64,000 bases of DNA from assembly GCA_964016885.1 (NCBI GenBank), contig OZ024742.1:175522001-175586000 (forward strand), read 5' to 3'. This DNA is from Eledone cirrhosa (lineage: Eukaryota). A program made the translations under genes and the position numbers. Of the stretch, positions 13,901 to 26,639 are shown in pieces. Every line of letters begins with the position of its first letter. The stretch's first letter is position 1. The notes under the pieces are model-generated. The model did not search any database, was not told the DNA's origin, and was given only the letters and a program-made list of their open reading frames with translations.

Positions 13901-14002
13901 AAGTGACAGAGCTACACCATGATTCCTTATTGTGGTGTATAAAGGAAAGTGCTACACCAACATTCCTTATTGTGGTGTGTAAAGGAGAGTGCTACACCAA
14001 CC
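10941..14002. repeat. 40-bp minisatellite array, ~76 copies
   Basis: Unit gctacaccaacattccttattgtggtgtgtaa(gtg/agg)aga(gt/ga/gc); strict 40-bp period; degenerate at the left edge. Confidence 0.97.
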
Positions 14003-15319
14003 TTCCACACTCTAATGTATAATTGTTGTTGCGTATTACTCAGATTAATTTTTATTGATTTATTTCTTTTGTACATCATATTCATTATATAAATTGTGTT
14101 CATGTGTTAAAAGAAAACAGAGATTGTTGATCGTTGATAGAAACTGTGGTTGTTTCCAACTTTTAAAGCAAAAATTATGTCGGTCATTTATGAATTCAGA
14201 TAAGAACTTTATATTTGGCACGCCTCAAACATTTATGGTCAAAGATAACAGAACTGGTCAATGTCAGGGGTGGGATAATGTTATTCTCTTTGATTACATG
14301 ACAGAAAAATTAATAGGAAAAAAAAATAGTAATAAAACTAATAGCAAATATTATATAACAAAACGACTGAGTTCTCTAAACAGTGTATTTTTCTTGAAGA
14401 AATATCTGTCTAGGTTTCAGCTTATGTTTTGAAGTGTGAATTCTAAATATGAAGAATACCTGCAGTGTGGAACGAAAGTACACTTATGTATGGCAGACAA
14501 CACTCAGCAGAGATTAAAAAAAAACATTTTAATTCCTTTTCATGATTTTAATCAGAGAATTTAAGGTGAAGTTATCTCCAAATATTGTGACAATGGTTGC
14601 TAGAAGGGTTAACAATTATATATCATTGACAAATATCACCCTCTAACCTCCAACACTTTAATTATAAACTCACTAAGATAAGCAACCATTCAATTTACTT
14701 GTTATCCATGCTGCCATATGGAGTGTACTGATATTGGTGTGTGTGTATATGGGTTGTGTATGTTTACAAACCAAATAGTTCCACATTGTATCGCTATTGT
14801 AACTTGCCTTTAAAATGCTATATTAGATGGCTGTTTAATATTGCACTAATAGTGACTCATTATTTCTCAATACTGATCAAATGATCATTTTCTAAAGTCA
14901 ATTAATTAGACAACTAAACATTCTTATCTGGAACATACAATTTTCTGTTAGTAATTAGCTGATATGTGTTATTGACTTCTTAAGTGTCTTGCTTTTTCAG
15001 TTGTTATAATAGAAAATATTATGGAAGCCTACTTAATGATATTGAGTGTTAAATTCACAGCTAATAAAAAAAAACAATATAATTTAATGTACAGCAGACA
15101 ACTGTTTTGTCAGACTTTAAACAGAAATGTTTGTATTGATATGTATATATGTGTATGAAATATTAACAGCACTAACCCAGCATGCTTCAGAATAAAAGCA
15201 TATATGGACCCATATATGTTCTAAATGATATGAATGTATTAGATAGGTAGATAGATAGATAGATATAAATAGATAGATCGATAGATAGTGGTAGATATAT
15301 AGATAGGTAGATAGACAAT

Positions 15320-15450
15320 GGTCTTCCACAGTTTCTGTCTACCAAATTTTCATCACAAAGCAATGGTCATGCCAAGGCTATAACAGAAGACACTTGCCCA
15401 AGGGGCCACACAGTGGTACGGAGAACCTTAACCACATAGCCACTTCTAAA
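15320..15450 (-). mobile_element. Degenerate CORE-like tRNA-SINE with (TATC)n tail
   Basis: Reverse complement contains gtggctatgtggttaag...ccttgggcaagtgtcttctg...gtagacagaaactgtggaagacc; related copies at 21255-21395 and 59715-59850. Confidence 0.65.
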
Positions 15451-15992
15451 TGGTCATGAAGTGAAAACATTAAACACATAGCCATGCCTACTTGGTTATG
15501 AAGTTAACACTTTAATTACATAGCCATGCCTACATGGTTATGAAATGAACACTTTAACCACATTTACATGTCTACATGGCTATGAAGTTAATACCTTAAC
15601 CACATTGCCATGTCTACATGGTTATGAAGTGAATACCTTAACCACATTGCGATGTCTACATGGTTATGAAGTGAATACCTTAACCACATTGCCATGCCTT
15701 CATGGTTATGAAGTGAATACCTTAACCACATTGCCATGCCTACATGGTTATGAACACTTTAACCACGTTACCATGCCTACTTGGTTATGATGTGAACACT
15801 TTAACCACATAGCCATGTGTACATGGTTACGAAGTGAACACTTTAACCACATTTCCATGCCTACATGAATAGAAATTAAACACTTTAACCATGTTACCAT
15901 GCCTACTGAGTTAGAAAGTGAACACTTTAACCACATAGCCATGTCTACATGGTTATGAACTGAACACTTTAACAACAAAACCATGTCTACAA
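15428..15992. repeat. 42-bp tandem repeat, ~13 copies, derived from a SINE 5' head
   Basis: Unit ttaaccacatagccatgcctacatggttatgaagtgaacact; continuous with the SINE 5' end. Confidence 0.9.
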
Positions 15993-17004
15993 CCAATTAT
16001 GTTAATGATATTTTCCGTGATCATTTCTTCTGTGCTTTCTCTTTTATTATTATTAATTTCTAATCTAAATTGTTGATAATTTCACTGTTCACTTCATTCA
16101 AATCTCTAAAAGAATGAAAGCATACACCTAAAGCATTATCCATTTGACGTAGCCTAATTTCATTACAATGAAGCAGTTTCCTCATCAAAATCTGTGTTGT
16201 TAAAGGCGGGTTGTGGTAAATCATGCAAAACACAAAACTCGGAACAAACACAGAGTGATTTGAAGCCAAGCAGTAGCCAATGTGAAATAATTGCAGCCTA
16301 AATGCCACTGAACTGAATCTAATTTAAATCTCATTGTGGTTGCATTTATTTTCAATAATTCGCAAATCAAATAACATATAAAAACAAGAAAACAAAACCC
16401 CCCTAAAAAATGTTGGAACAAAAACTACAATTCAAAAAACAAACAAAAAAGCTTTACTAATCAAAAGAATTAAGAGTTTGAACACAAATCTCTACCCACA
16501 CAATACAGACTTTATTTCCATTTATATTTAATTGTTATCATTCATATTTTTGTTGTCGTTGTTGTTGTTTAGATTATCTGATATTGTTTTACTAATATGT
16601 TAGGTCAGGTAGCAAACATATGGGGAATTGATTCGCTTTTGCATGTGATCTTTTCATTATATTATAACAGATTTCTGTGCATTTAAACTGTGCACTATAA
16701 CTAATCTCTAGTTTGAATAGACTGAAGGAAGTTTTATTTTGGTTTTAGTTGAAATATAACTGCAAGTATCCAAACCGAAATATAAATCTATATTCTTTAA
16801 ACAACAACCTAATCAGTAGGTTTCCCCTTGTTAATCTAATTACAGCCAACACTGATTTATTTCGTTATTTTCCTCGTGAGACAAAACTCACAACATCAAA
16901 TAAATATTTATCTCTACAGGAATGAAGGAAAAACATATATATATATATATATATATATAACATATATATAAATATACAGGCATACATACATGTGCGTGTG
17001 TGCA

Positions 17005-17063
<59 letters not shown>

Positions 17064-17864
17064 TGTATATATATATGATATATAGCATATGTTTCAAATT
17101 TAAACAGTTACTCTATACTTTGTTTCTCCAAGAAGCATCCTAACAAATACTCTATACTTCCTTCCAATATTTTTACTATTTACTTCAAAATGCAAAATTT
17201 GGAGGCTATATATGCTTCAGTCCTTCTCTTAAATTGGAAACATACACATTGGATTTTACATGCTACTGCAGAATATGAATATGTAATTGCAAGATGTCTG
17301 TGGTACACCAAGATTCAGGCAAAAGTAGGCCACCAAATTAACATTTTTTTTAGATTTGTATATGTCAAATTTAATTCACTCCTTCTTAGCATACATTTTC
17401 AAACTTAAACTTTAATCTGTACATCGTTTCACATAGAAGCAAACTAATTGAGACTTCATTCCCTCAAGCAGCCCCTGCTGAAAAGCTTCCCCTTATGTGG
17501 GAGTAGGTGAAGTATATATGCATAAAGCCCCTGCACTTATGGAAGGGGTGTAATATAGACACAAATATGTACATGCACATTGCTCCTCCAATCCACCCAC
17601 ACATGATGGTAAATGTTATGCTAGCTACATCAGAGATCAATGACAGTCTATTTGGCTTGTATGCACCCCTGATTTCACACTGCAATGGACCTACCATCTT
17701 GTGGTGGTCCCAGCTGTTGCTGATGCTAGTGGAGATGACCAATATCTGAGTGTTTACATAATACAGTTAACAAAAGATTCTAACATGCATGAGATCCCTT
17801 AATTATCAGCAAGCAGTCATACAATCCTCCTACTTCTCATCTAAGGTCTAAAAAGTCTAAAGTC

Positions 17865-18122
17865 TGTCTTAAGCCAGAAGACTCATTCGGCCGGTGCTTA
17901 TCCTGTTTCATGACATACAAGACTCCCTGCCGGACAGGATGCCAGTCCATTGCAAGGTTAAACCCCCAGCTATTGCTGGCACTCATTTTCAGTTGAGTAT
18001 ACTGGAGCAACATGAAATGAAATGTTTTACTCAAGAAGACAACACGCAACCCAGCCCAGGAATCGAACCCACAACTTTATGATCCTAAATCCAACACCCT
18101 AACCATTAGGCCACGTGCCTCC
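17865..18122 (-). mobile_element. tRNA/CORE-like SINE, family B
   Basis: Reverse complement of the 50311-50575 element (ggcacgtggcctaatggttagggtgttgga...gggttcgattcc). Confidence 0.8.
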
Positions 18123-18180
18123 TCTCAGGCACATGAAAATAGCATGACACACATGCAACCTACTTACCATCAAATACAGA

Positions 18181-19710
18181 ACTTAACATTTGCCTCTATC
18201 AATGTAGAAATGCTGTAAGGTAAATGTGTTGAAAATGTGGAGATAGTGCTGTGTACAAAAAACTGGATGGTGCTTCAGCCAGGCTCATCACAAGCAAGGA
18301 ACAATGGTACACATTCTTCTGGGTGAGTAGCTATAATGGGATGGATGGAGTAGGAACGCTCCTCATTGAGAGATGGGTAGACAAGGTAATTGAGGCAGTG
18401 AAGGTGAGTTTTAGAATAATTAGACTTAGATTAGGCTTTGGTAATACTACATCCACTATACTATCTCCACATAACCCACTAGTTGGACATGTAGATGAGC
18501 AAAAAACAATTTCTACAAAGCCCTCATACAGACTACCTCAATGATAGATGACAGTGATCTCATTATCACAGCTGGTGACTTTAAAGGACATGCTGGGAAA
18601 CATCATGATGTGTTCTCTGGCATATTTTGAGGTTATAGTTATGGCACAAGACATGAGAGGACAAAGCTTATGGAGTTCTGTGATACTCATGGCTTGATGA
18701 TTTGCAACACAAATTCCAGAAAACCAGCCAGCTACCTGATTACCTACAAATATGTGGGGTGGCATACAAACCATATACACTATCCCCACAAAGAAACTGG
18801 ACAGGCAAAATGGTTGTAAATGCCAAAGCCTTTCCTGGGGAGGAATGTACATTCCAACACAGACTAGTTGTTTGTGACCTTAGAATAAGGATTAGATGGA
18901 TTAAGAGACAAAAGCCAGTCTGAAGAAGGGGAGACTTGGAAGCTCAGAAAAACTGTGGTGAATAACAAGTTCAGAGAAATCTTACTTGACACTCATGACA
19001 GTAAGGAAGAGGAGATAGAGACATATAGCATAGAGAAGAACTGGGAATACCTACAGAATAACCTACTGGAACCCACAATCCAAGCCTCCAGCTGAAGCAA
19101 GGTCCCAGCAAGATGGAGGTTGATGTGATGGTGGAATGATAAGTAGATAGAGGCTTAAAAGAAGACAAGCTGGGAGAGACATGGAGAAATGCCAAATAGC
19201 TAAAAGAAAAGCCAGGTGCCAAGTGTACCTAGCAAGAGCCAAGGCAGAAAAGAAGTTTGCATATATTGTGCATTTTCAAGATCAGAGGCATGAAGTGTTT
19301 CAGATTGCAAGTTAGTATGCTAGAGAAAATCGTAATATGGCTGGAGAAAAGTGCATGCAAAATGATAGTGGAGCACTTGCCCTGTTTGATGCCAAAAAGA
19401 AGGAAGCATGACAGACTTACTATGAGAGACTTCTGAATGAAGAGAATAAATGGGGCAGCAAGGAGTTATCCATGCAGATCCAACTGAGGGATCCACTCTA
19501 AAAGTTGACAGCAGTGTGATAGATAAAGCAGTTAAAGACATGATGATAGGGAAGGAACCTGGACGATCTGGTATAGTTGCTGAGGTAATAAAAGCATCTG
19601 GCATGGTAGGATATGTGCTAGTTAGACACATAGTTAATCAAGTAGTACAAGAAGGAGTTATACCCAATGACTAGCACAGTTGTATCATTGTAAATTACTA
19701 CAGAGCAAAG
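18181..19710 (+). pseudogene. Decayed RTE-type LINE ORF: APE endonuclease to start of RT
   Basis: Frameshifted pieces GVGTLLIERWVDKV, ITAGDFKGH, LMICNTNSRKPASYLITY, QHRLVVCDL, AVKDMMIGKEPGRSGIVAEVIKA. Confidence 0.85.
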
Positions 19711-19904
19711 CAGGCTACAGTGAATTCAACTTGATGCCACTATAGTTATTGATAAATATGGAGGTAGACTGATAAATATGTAGCTAGGGAGGTGGGTGTA
19801 TTTATGTAGGTAGGTTAACAGACAGGCAAATAGACAGCTAGATAGATGGATAGATAGACTGATAGATAGGTAGATAGATAGATAATTAAATAGACAGATA
19901 GATA

Positions 19905-20160
19905 AAAGTCGAGGCAGTGCTGATCTTGTTTTCATGGCATAAAGCATCTGAGAATATAAGACTCTCCACTGGGCAGGATGCTAGTTCATCCCAAGGTTAA
20001 ACCTCCAGGTATTGCTGGTACTCATCTTCAGTTGAGTATACTGGAGCAACATGAAATGAAGTGTTTTATTCAAGAACACAACACACAAACCAGTCCAGGA
20101 ATCAAACCCACAACATTAGGATTATAAGTCAAACATCCTTAACACTAGGCCATGCACCTC
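19905..20160 (-). mobile_element. SINE family B, degenerate
   Basis: Aligns by eye with 17885-18122. Confidence 0.75.
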
Positions 20161-21438
20161 AATAGATAGATGATGTAATTATTGTCTGAAGATAGATAGA
20201 TAGGTGCCTAAAGGCAGCTGTCCATGTGAATACTGACTATTTGTCAACACTTCCATGAGAGGGAAGAGTAGGGATGAAGATATCAATTTACCATTTCCAA
20301 ACAAATATTGTACAAAGTGGTTGTCATGTGACTCTTATATGTTACTCTGTCATGTTACAATTTGTGCTATATTGAGATTTGCATGAAGGTTACATGTGTC
20401 TGTGGAATGCTCAACTACACACATGCTCATTTCATGAGCTGGCTGTTCCATTGATCAAACAAGTAGAACACTCATCAGTGGAACTGAAAAAGCTCCAACA
20501 CACACATTACATTATAAATGTATTTACATCTAAAGATAGCCTCTTTCTCAACCTGCTCTAAGCTTTGTTCATGCCATTCTTCACACTCTTCCTCATGCTA
20601 TATCTGCTTTCATCTCGAGTGTTTCAACCATCTAAACAATAAAAACTCATTTTGTTTATGCTCGTTGTTAAAAATAATCTCTCTGTAGTATCTCTCGATT
20701 TGTGAGCTGTCTGTCTGTCACAACTAAACTTACTATTTACATAGTTGTTCTTTGTCTAGTAAGCGCTAGAAATATATAACCATTTATCATTATTCCTAGA
20801 TGCATTAGACAACTGATGAGAGTCTGTTTCAGTTTTCAAAAGCTAAGGCATTGATCAAATAACTTCAACAGTTAGCAAAGATACCCACCCTCTCCCATCA
20901 TTTTCTTCTCCAAAGTAAATATCTGTCAGTTTACTATTTAAAGAAGCAAAAGGCATAATAGAGTAGGGATGTTGGGAATATGTGTAATAATTGTTTCTAC
21001 TTTTGGTGCATGGCCAGTAATTTGAAGGGAAAATGAAAGTCAATTAAATCAACCACAGAGCATTACTGGTACATATTTTATCAAATCCAAATGAATGAAA
21101 TGCAAAGCTAAGATTGTCAGGATTTGAAATCAGAACAAAACTATATAATGCAAAGCTTGTTGTCCAAAATTCTACCAATGCTGCCAAACACCCACCCTAA
21201 TATGTTAATAATAATAATATGAAAAAAATAAAATAACTAACTATATATGATAGGCATAGGAATGGTTGTGTGATTAAAGAGTGTGAGTCTCTCTATGAGA
21301 CAGAATAGGCAATTAAGTGTCTTCTACTATAGCCTCGAGTTGACCAATACCCTGTGAGTGCAATTTGTCAGACAGAAACTGCAAAAGCCCATCACACACA
21401 CATTATATATATAATGTGTGAACACATTATATATTTAA

Positions 21439-21631
21439 GGGCGGTGAATTGGCAGTATCGGTAGAGGGTTGGACGCCATGCTTTGACGCATAGAGTTACG
21501 GCCCTTGCCATTCTGAGTTCAAATCCCGCCGAGGTTAACTTTGCCTTTCATCCTTATGGGGTCGATAAAATAAAGTACCAGTAATGTACTGGATAATTGC
21601 TGGCCTTGTGCCAAAAGTAGAAACAATTATA
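21439..21631 (+). mobile_element. tRNA-derived SINE, family A
   Basis: Same A/B boxes and body as 7214-7402. Confidence 0.85.
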
Positions 21632-21729
21632 TATATAATGTGTGTGTGATGGGCTTTTGCATATATATATCCGTCTAACCCATGCTAGCGTGGAGAACGG
21701 ACGTAAAACGGTAATGATGATGATGATGA

Positions 21730-21770
<41 letters not shown>

Positions 21771-21772
<2 letters not shown>

Positions 21773-22882
21773 TAAAAGATGTAGTGGGATCACAGGTAAG
21801 CTAACTAAGAATATAGAGTTTATATGGGGCCGGTGCTCTGGTGCAATAAGTAGCAGCAAGTGCCCAGAGAATACTAGCTCATGCCATTGCACAGATAGTT
21901 CTATAGAAATAGTGGACACCTTCCATTACCTGGGTGACAAAATCAGCAGTGGTGGAGGGTGCTCTGAAAGTACAGTAGCTAGAGTCAGAACGGGATGGAA
22001 AAAGTTCAGAGAGCTTATACCACTATTGGCCGATAAAGGGTTCTCTCTAAAAATGAAAGGCAGGCTGTATGATGCCAGCATACGAACAGCAATGTTACAT
22101 GGCAGTGAGACCTGGGCCTTGTGTGCAGAGGATATACGCAGACTGGAGAGGAACGAAGCTTGCATGCTCCGCTGGATGTGTAATAGTAATATACGTGAAC
22201 GGCAAAGCATAAATGAACTAAGGGAGAAATTAAGAATAAGAGGGATCAGATGTTGTCTACTCGAGAGAAGACTACGTTGGTATCGTCACGTGATGCGCAT
22301 GAAAGACGACAGCTGTATAAAAAAGTGCAGGGCGATAAAAATAGACGGTAGCCACAGAGTAGGCAGACCCAGAAAAACCTGGGACGAGTTGATAAATTAC
22401 GACTTCACACACTTACATCCTCTCCAAGACAATGTCACTGGACCGAGATCTTTGGTGCTACACAGTAACACAGAAGACCCGCCTTGCCTAAGTACAAAGC
22501 AAAACCTACAGTCAGTAGGTACCTCTAACAAAAATACACCCCGTCCCACTACCCCCACCCCATCCACACCACCCCTTTCAATGTAAATATATGTTGGTAC
22601 CACAACATCCAGTCCTAAATAAATGAGGTCGTGTAGGTGTCACGACAAAAAAACGCATAGTCCACGCTGTAATGTGGCTGTGTAGGTAACACGGTAAAAA
22701 CCTCCCAGTCCACACTGTAAACGTGGTTGGTGTTAGGAAGGGCATCCAACTGTAGAAAACCCGCCAGACAGTCCTATACGAGCAAGACAACCAATCTTGC
22801 CTCAAGTGGGAAAATTCCCGTCCAAACCCATGCAGTCGTGGAAGATGGACGTTAAACGATGATGATCATGATGATGATGGTG
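21771..22882 (+). mobile_element. 5'-truncated RTE-type LINE (RT C-terminal region, 3' UTR, (GAT)n tail)
   Basis: EIVDTFHYLGDKIS, KGRLYDASIRTAMLHGSETW, RRLRWYRHVMR and GRPRKTW are hallmark RTE C-terminal motifs; starts at a (TA)n tract. Confidence 0.92.
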
Positions 22883-22891
22883 ATATATATA

Positions 22892-22951
<60 letters not shown>

Positions 22952-22983
22952 AGATCAAAAGATGGTTAAAGGAGTTCCATATA

Positions 22984-23050
22984 TTTTATTATGCGCATTT
23001 CAAAAACAAACATCATCAAACAATAATATTTGCGTTTTCATCAGATAAAA
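22984..23050 (-). ncRNA. Type I hammerhead ribozyme
   Basis: Exact reverse complement of 24856-24922. Confidence 0.85.
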
Positions 23051-24229
23051 CAGGAGAACATGATATGAAGGCTAAAAAACACTTGTTGATAGTGCAGTTT
23101 TAAATCAACATATGAAAAGTGGTTTTAGATTGATGTGTGATATTGGGAAAAATATTTTATTTAGAGAGGGGGGGAGAAAAGGATGAAAAGGGAAGGAGAT
23201 GAGAGGGAGAGATGGGTGATAGAGAGAAAGAGATAGTTTTTATAACTGAGAGGAGATATATTTTATATAGAGGGGTTGAAAACCGTTGGAAGATACTGTA
23301 TAAATTAAAAATTTTGAAAATTAACGAAGGGAGGATATGTGCGAGGAAAAAATATTTTATTTAGGGAGGGGGGGGTGGAAAGGATGAAAAAAAAAAAAAG
23401 GGGAGGAGATGAGAGTGAAGGTGGAAAGGGAGAGATGGGTGTTAGAGAGAAAGAGATAGTTTTTATAACTGAGAAAAAGATGTAATGTTTTAATATAGAG
23501 AGGTTGGGAACCGTTGGAAGATAATGTATAAATTAAAGGAATTTGAAAATTAACGAAGGGAAATTATGTATGAAGATAGAGAGAAAAAAATAATAATTGT
23601 GGGTGAATATTCTAACGTCAATTTCAAAATTAGCAAAGAGAAAAAAAGTTTATGTGTAGAAGGATTTGAGAAAAATAATGTGAAGTTAAAGTTTGTATAT
23701 TGAATTCATATGTATTAATAATGAGTTCGTTGATGGGGAGAAAAAAATAATAATAAATTAAGGATGAAATTGAGATTAAAAAGATTTATGATAGAGAGAA
23801 AATTATAATGATTGCGGATGAATACTCAAAATGTCAAAAACAAATGTTATTGTTTTACGAGAAGATAGAATGAGGGTAATGAGTAAACGAGTATTATAGA
23901 GTGTATAATGCCCTTTAAAGTAAGGTAGATGGGTATATTTTAAAGAATATATGAGTATATATTAAAAAAAATATAATAATAAATTAAGGATGAAATTGAG
24001 ATTAAAAAGATTTATGATAGAGAGAAAAAATAATAATGATTGCGGATGAATATTCAAAATGTCAAAAACAAATGTTATTGTTTTACGAGAAGATAGAATG
24101 AGGGTAATGAGTAAACGAGTATTATAGAGTGTATAATGCCCTTTAAAGTAAGGTAGATGGGTATATTTTAAAGAGGTGTATGTATATGTGCCTTTGAGAG
24201 AAGATTCTAAATTGATAAAGAATTGAATA

Positions 24230-24502
24230 TTAACTGTATACTTTGTGAAAAGTTCTATGGAATTTATGCAGGCAGATAGAAAACAAATCTGAGCGTCTAT
24301 TTATTATGGATTCTAGGTTAGAGATAATGGTAAATTTTTCATTTAGGCAGAGATTACAGATTTTAGATAGAGAGCTGTTCAAGTATGAGGATGCAGAAGA
24401 AATCTTTTTCCAAAAGATGTTATATTTAATGTTTTTGTCTTTTAAGGACCATATGAGTTCAGAGAGAGCAGTGTTAGTTCTTTTAAGTTTGTATTTGAAA
24501 GA
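24230..24502 (-). pseudogene. C-terminal fragment of PLE GIY-YIG endonuclease
   Basis: SFKYKLKRTNTALSELIWSLKDKNIKYNIFWK...CNLCLNEKFTII...IINRRSDLFSICLH fits the T-x-LS-x-x-IW / W / CxLCxxEK / NxRxE-CxH pattern of PLE endonucleases (recalled, not searched). Confidence 0.8.
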
Positions 24503-24855
24503 TTTTTTTTTTTTTTTCATCCTTTCCAACCCCCCCCTCCCTAAATAAAATATTTTTTCCTCGCACATATCCTCCCTTCGTTAATTTTCAAAATTTTTAA
24601 TTTATACAGTATCTTCCAACGGTTTTCAACCCCTCTATATAAAATATATCTCCTCTCAGTTATAAAAACTATCTCTTTCTCTCTATCACCCATCTCTCCC
24701 TCTCATCTCCTTCCCTTTTCATCCTTTTCTCCCCCCCCTCTCTAAATAAAATATTTTTCCCAATATCACACATCAATCTAAAACCACTTTTCATATGTTG
24801 ATTTAAAACTGCACTATCAACAAGTGTTTTTTAGCCTTCATATCATGTTCTCCTG

Positions 24856-24922
24856 TTTTATCTGATGAAAACGCAAATATTATTGTTTGATGATGTTTGT
24901 TTTTGAAATGCGCATAATAAAA
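24856..24922 (+). ncRNA. Type I hammerhead ribozyme with extended stem II
   Basis: TTTTAT-CTGATGA-[long G-U-rich stem II]-GAAA-T-GCGC-ATA-ATAAAA. Perfect 6-bp stem I, palindromic stem III ATGCGCAT, AUA triplet. Confidence 0.88.
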
Positions 24923-25674
24923 TATATGGAACTCCTTTAACCATCTTTTGATCTTATATTATGCATACTCCAGTCCCACAAACTGTAGAGTGCTTCTTAT
25001 CCGATATCTGCATTGCTTTATTGTACTACAATAAAACTCACCTCCTACATATATATATATATATATATATTCGGATTTCTTTCCTAGAGGGCTTAAAATT
25101 TATTTGTGACTAATCCCGGTTTTTTTTTTTAAAAAACCGCGATAATATTACTTTTGCTGAACTCCTTATATTGTAGAGTTTTTTTCGGAATGTTTTTGAC
25201 TATTGTTTCATGTCTCATTCTGACGTCACCAGCCCTGTCTCTACATGTGCGTTTTTTTTCATAATTACGCATGATGTTGAACTAGCTTGCTTTTAAATTC
25301 CATTTTTGGCATATTATAAACAGTGGAACTTTGGTTATTGTGTCTTTGAGCTCTGCTGATGATCGACTCCAACCGTGACCATCCCCACTGAAAGTTTCGT
25401 GAAATAGTCTTTAAGACTAAACAGAGCATTTGTAGATTTTCCAAATCGAAGGATGAGTATTTTAAACTTTATTTTATTCTGAGTTAAGGCTCTATTGATT
25501 TTTCCCTGGATTTCACCAAATTCTGTGAATGAATCTATATCCTGATTCTTTTTGAATTGAGTTTGAATTATTTTCCCACATCATACGTTAACTATTTTTA
25601 CATTTTGACGCTATAGTCACTTATCTATTATGGAATACTGTTGGCTTCTTTCTACAATAATTTCTATACTTTTC

Positions 25675-25737
<63 letters not shown>

Positions 25738-26639
25738 TGTGTGTGTGTTTACATATATATAACTGTAGAACGCTTGTGAAATAAATGGTTGTGGAGATCT
25801 TCAGTTGTGTTAAAAATGAGACAACCATTACAGTGCTGGTTCCATGATAACTTGCACTCGGTAGAATATGTAAGCAAGATGCAGACATCCAGCCTTTTTG
25901 GGAGGTTAGTAACACCACTTAAGTATTGACTAGTCCTGTGAAGACCTGTCCAACCTTTGCTAGCAGGGAAAGAGGATAGTAAATGATGATGATAATGTAT
26001 ATATATTAATATATATCATCATTTAACTTCTGCTTCCTCTGCTAGAAAGGGTTGGATTGATCTTCACAGATTAAGTCAACACTGAAGTTGGGTTACTGAC
26101 CTCACAAACAGGCTGTCAGTCCAGATATTATTTACATATGGTTTCAAGCTCTTCTAGGTTCATTTTATAATGGCACTAGCACAAGACAGTTTGTAATGTA
26201 TGTATGTATATATGGATGCGCGCATGTACGTATGTGTCTATGTATGTATATATGTATGTATGCATCCATGTATACATGTATGTATGTGTGTCTGTATGTG
26301 TCAGCTGTATTTATTTTTTGTCTGGATTTATGTCCTGTAACTTAGCAGTTAAAAAAAATAAAGGTATTATTAAAATATGTCTCAGGCTTGAAAAAGTAAG
26401 TACTGAGGTCAATAGGATTGACTACATCAATGCTGTGCCCCAGCATAGCAGAAGTAAAAGGATAAATCAACATGTGTATGTGTGTGTGTGTGTGTATGTG
26501 TGTGTGCGTGCATGCATCTGTTTTTCTATAATAGATTCAGAGAAGTATAAGATTATATTGAAATATGAAGTGTCTATCTTTGAAAATATGTCAATGTTTA
26601 TAAAAGTTCTAGTGGATCTGTGCCATCAACAATAACTTC

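Larger units (their letters stand above)
22944..25048. mobile_element. Inverted PLE insertion in (TA)n: minus-strand GIY-YIG end plus 3' UTR, and a plus-strand inverted 3' copy with tail
   Basis: Near-identical inverted arms 22944-23399 and 24503-24962; tail 24963-25048 contains AATAAA; internal ~200- and ~230-bp subrepeats; TA tracts on both sides. Confidence 0.9.

Noticed and set aside
10941-14002. CRISPR-like look (constant ~30 nt with hairpin plus variable ~10 nt)
   Set aside because: The variable part is a few recurring variants of one sequence, not unique spacers; no cas genes; eukaryotic context.
20808-20850. CTGATGAGAG...TTTCAAAAGCTAAG possible hammerhead
   Set aside because: GAAA box absent (AAAA) and stem I unconvincing; at best a decayed relic.
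25190-25240. Minus-strand CTGGTGA-CGTC...GACA-TGAAAC-AATA-GTC hammerhead-like string
   Set aside because: Core mismatch and no stem I pairing.
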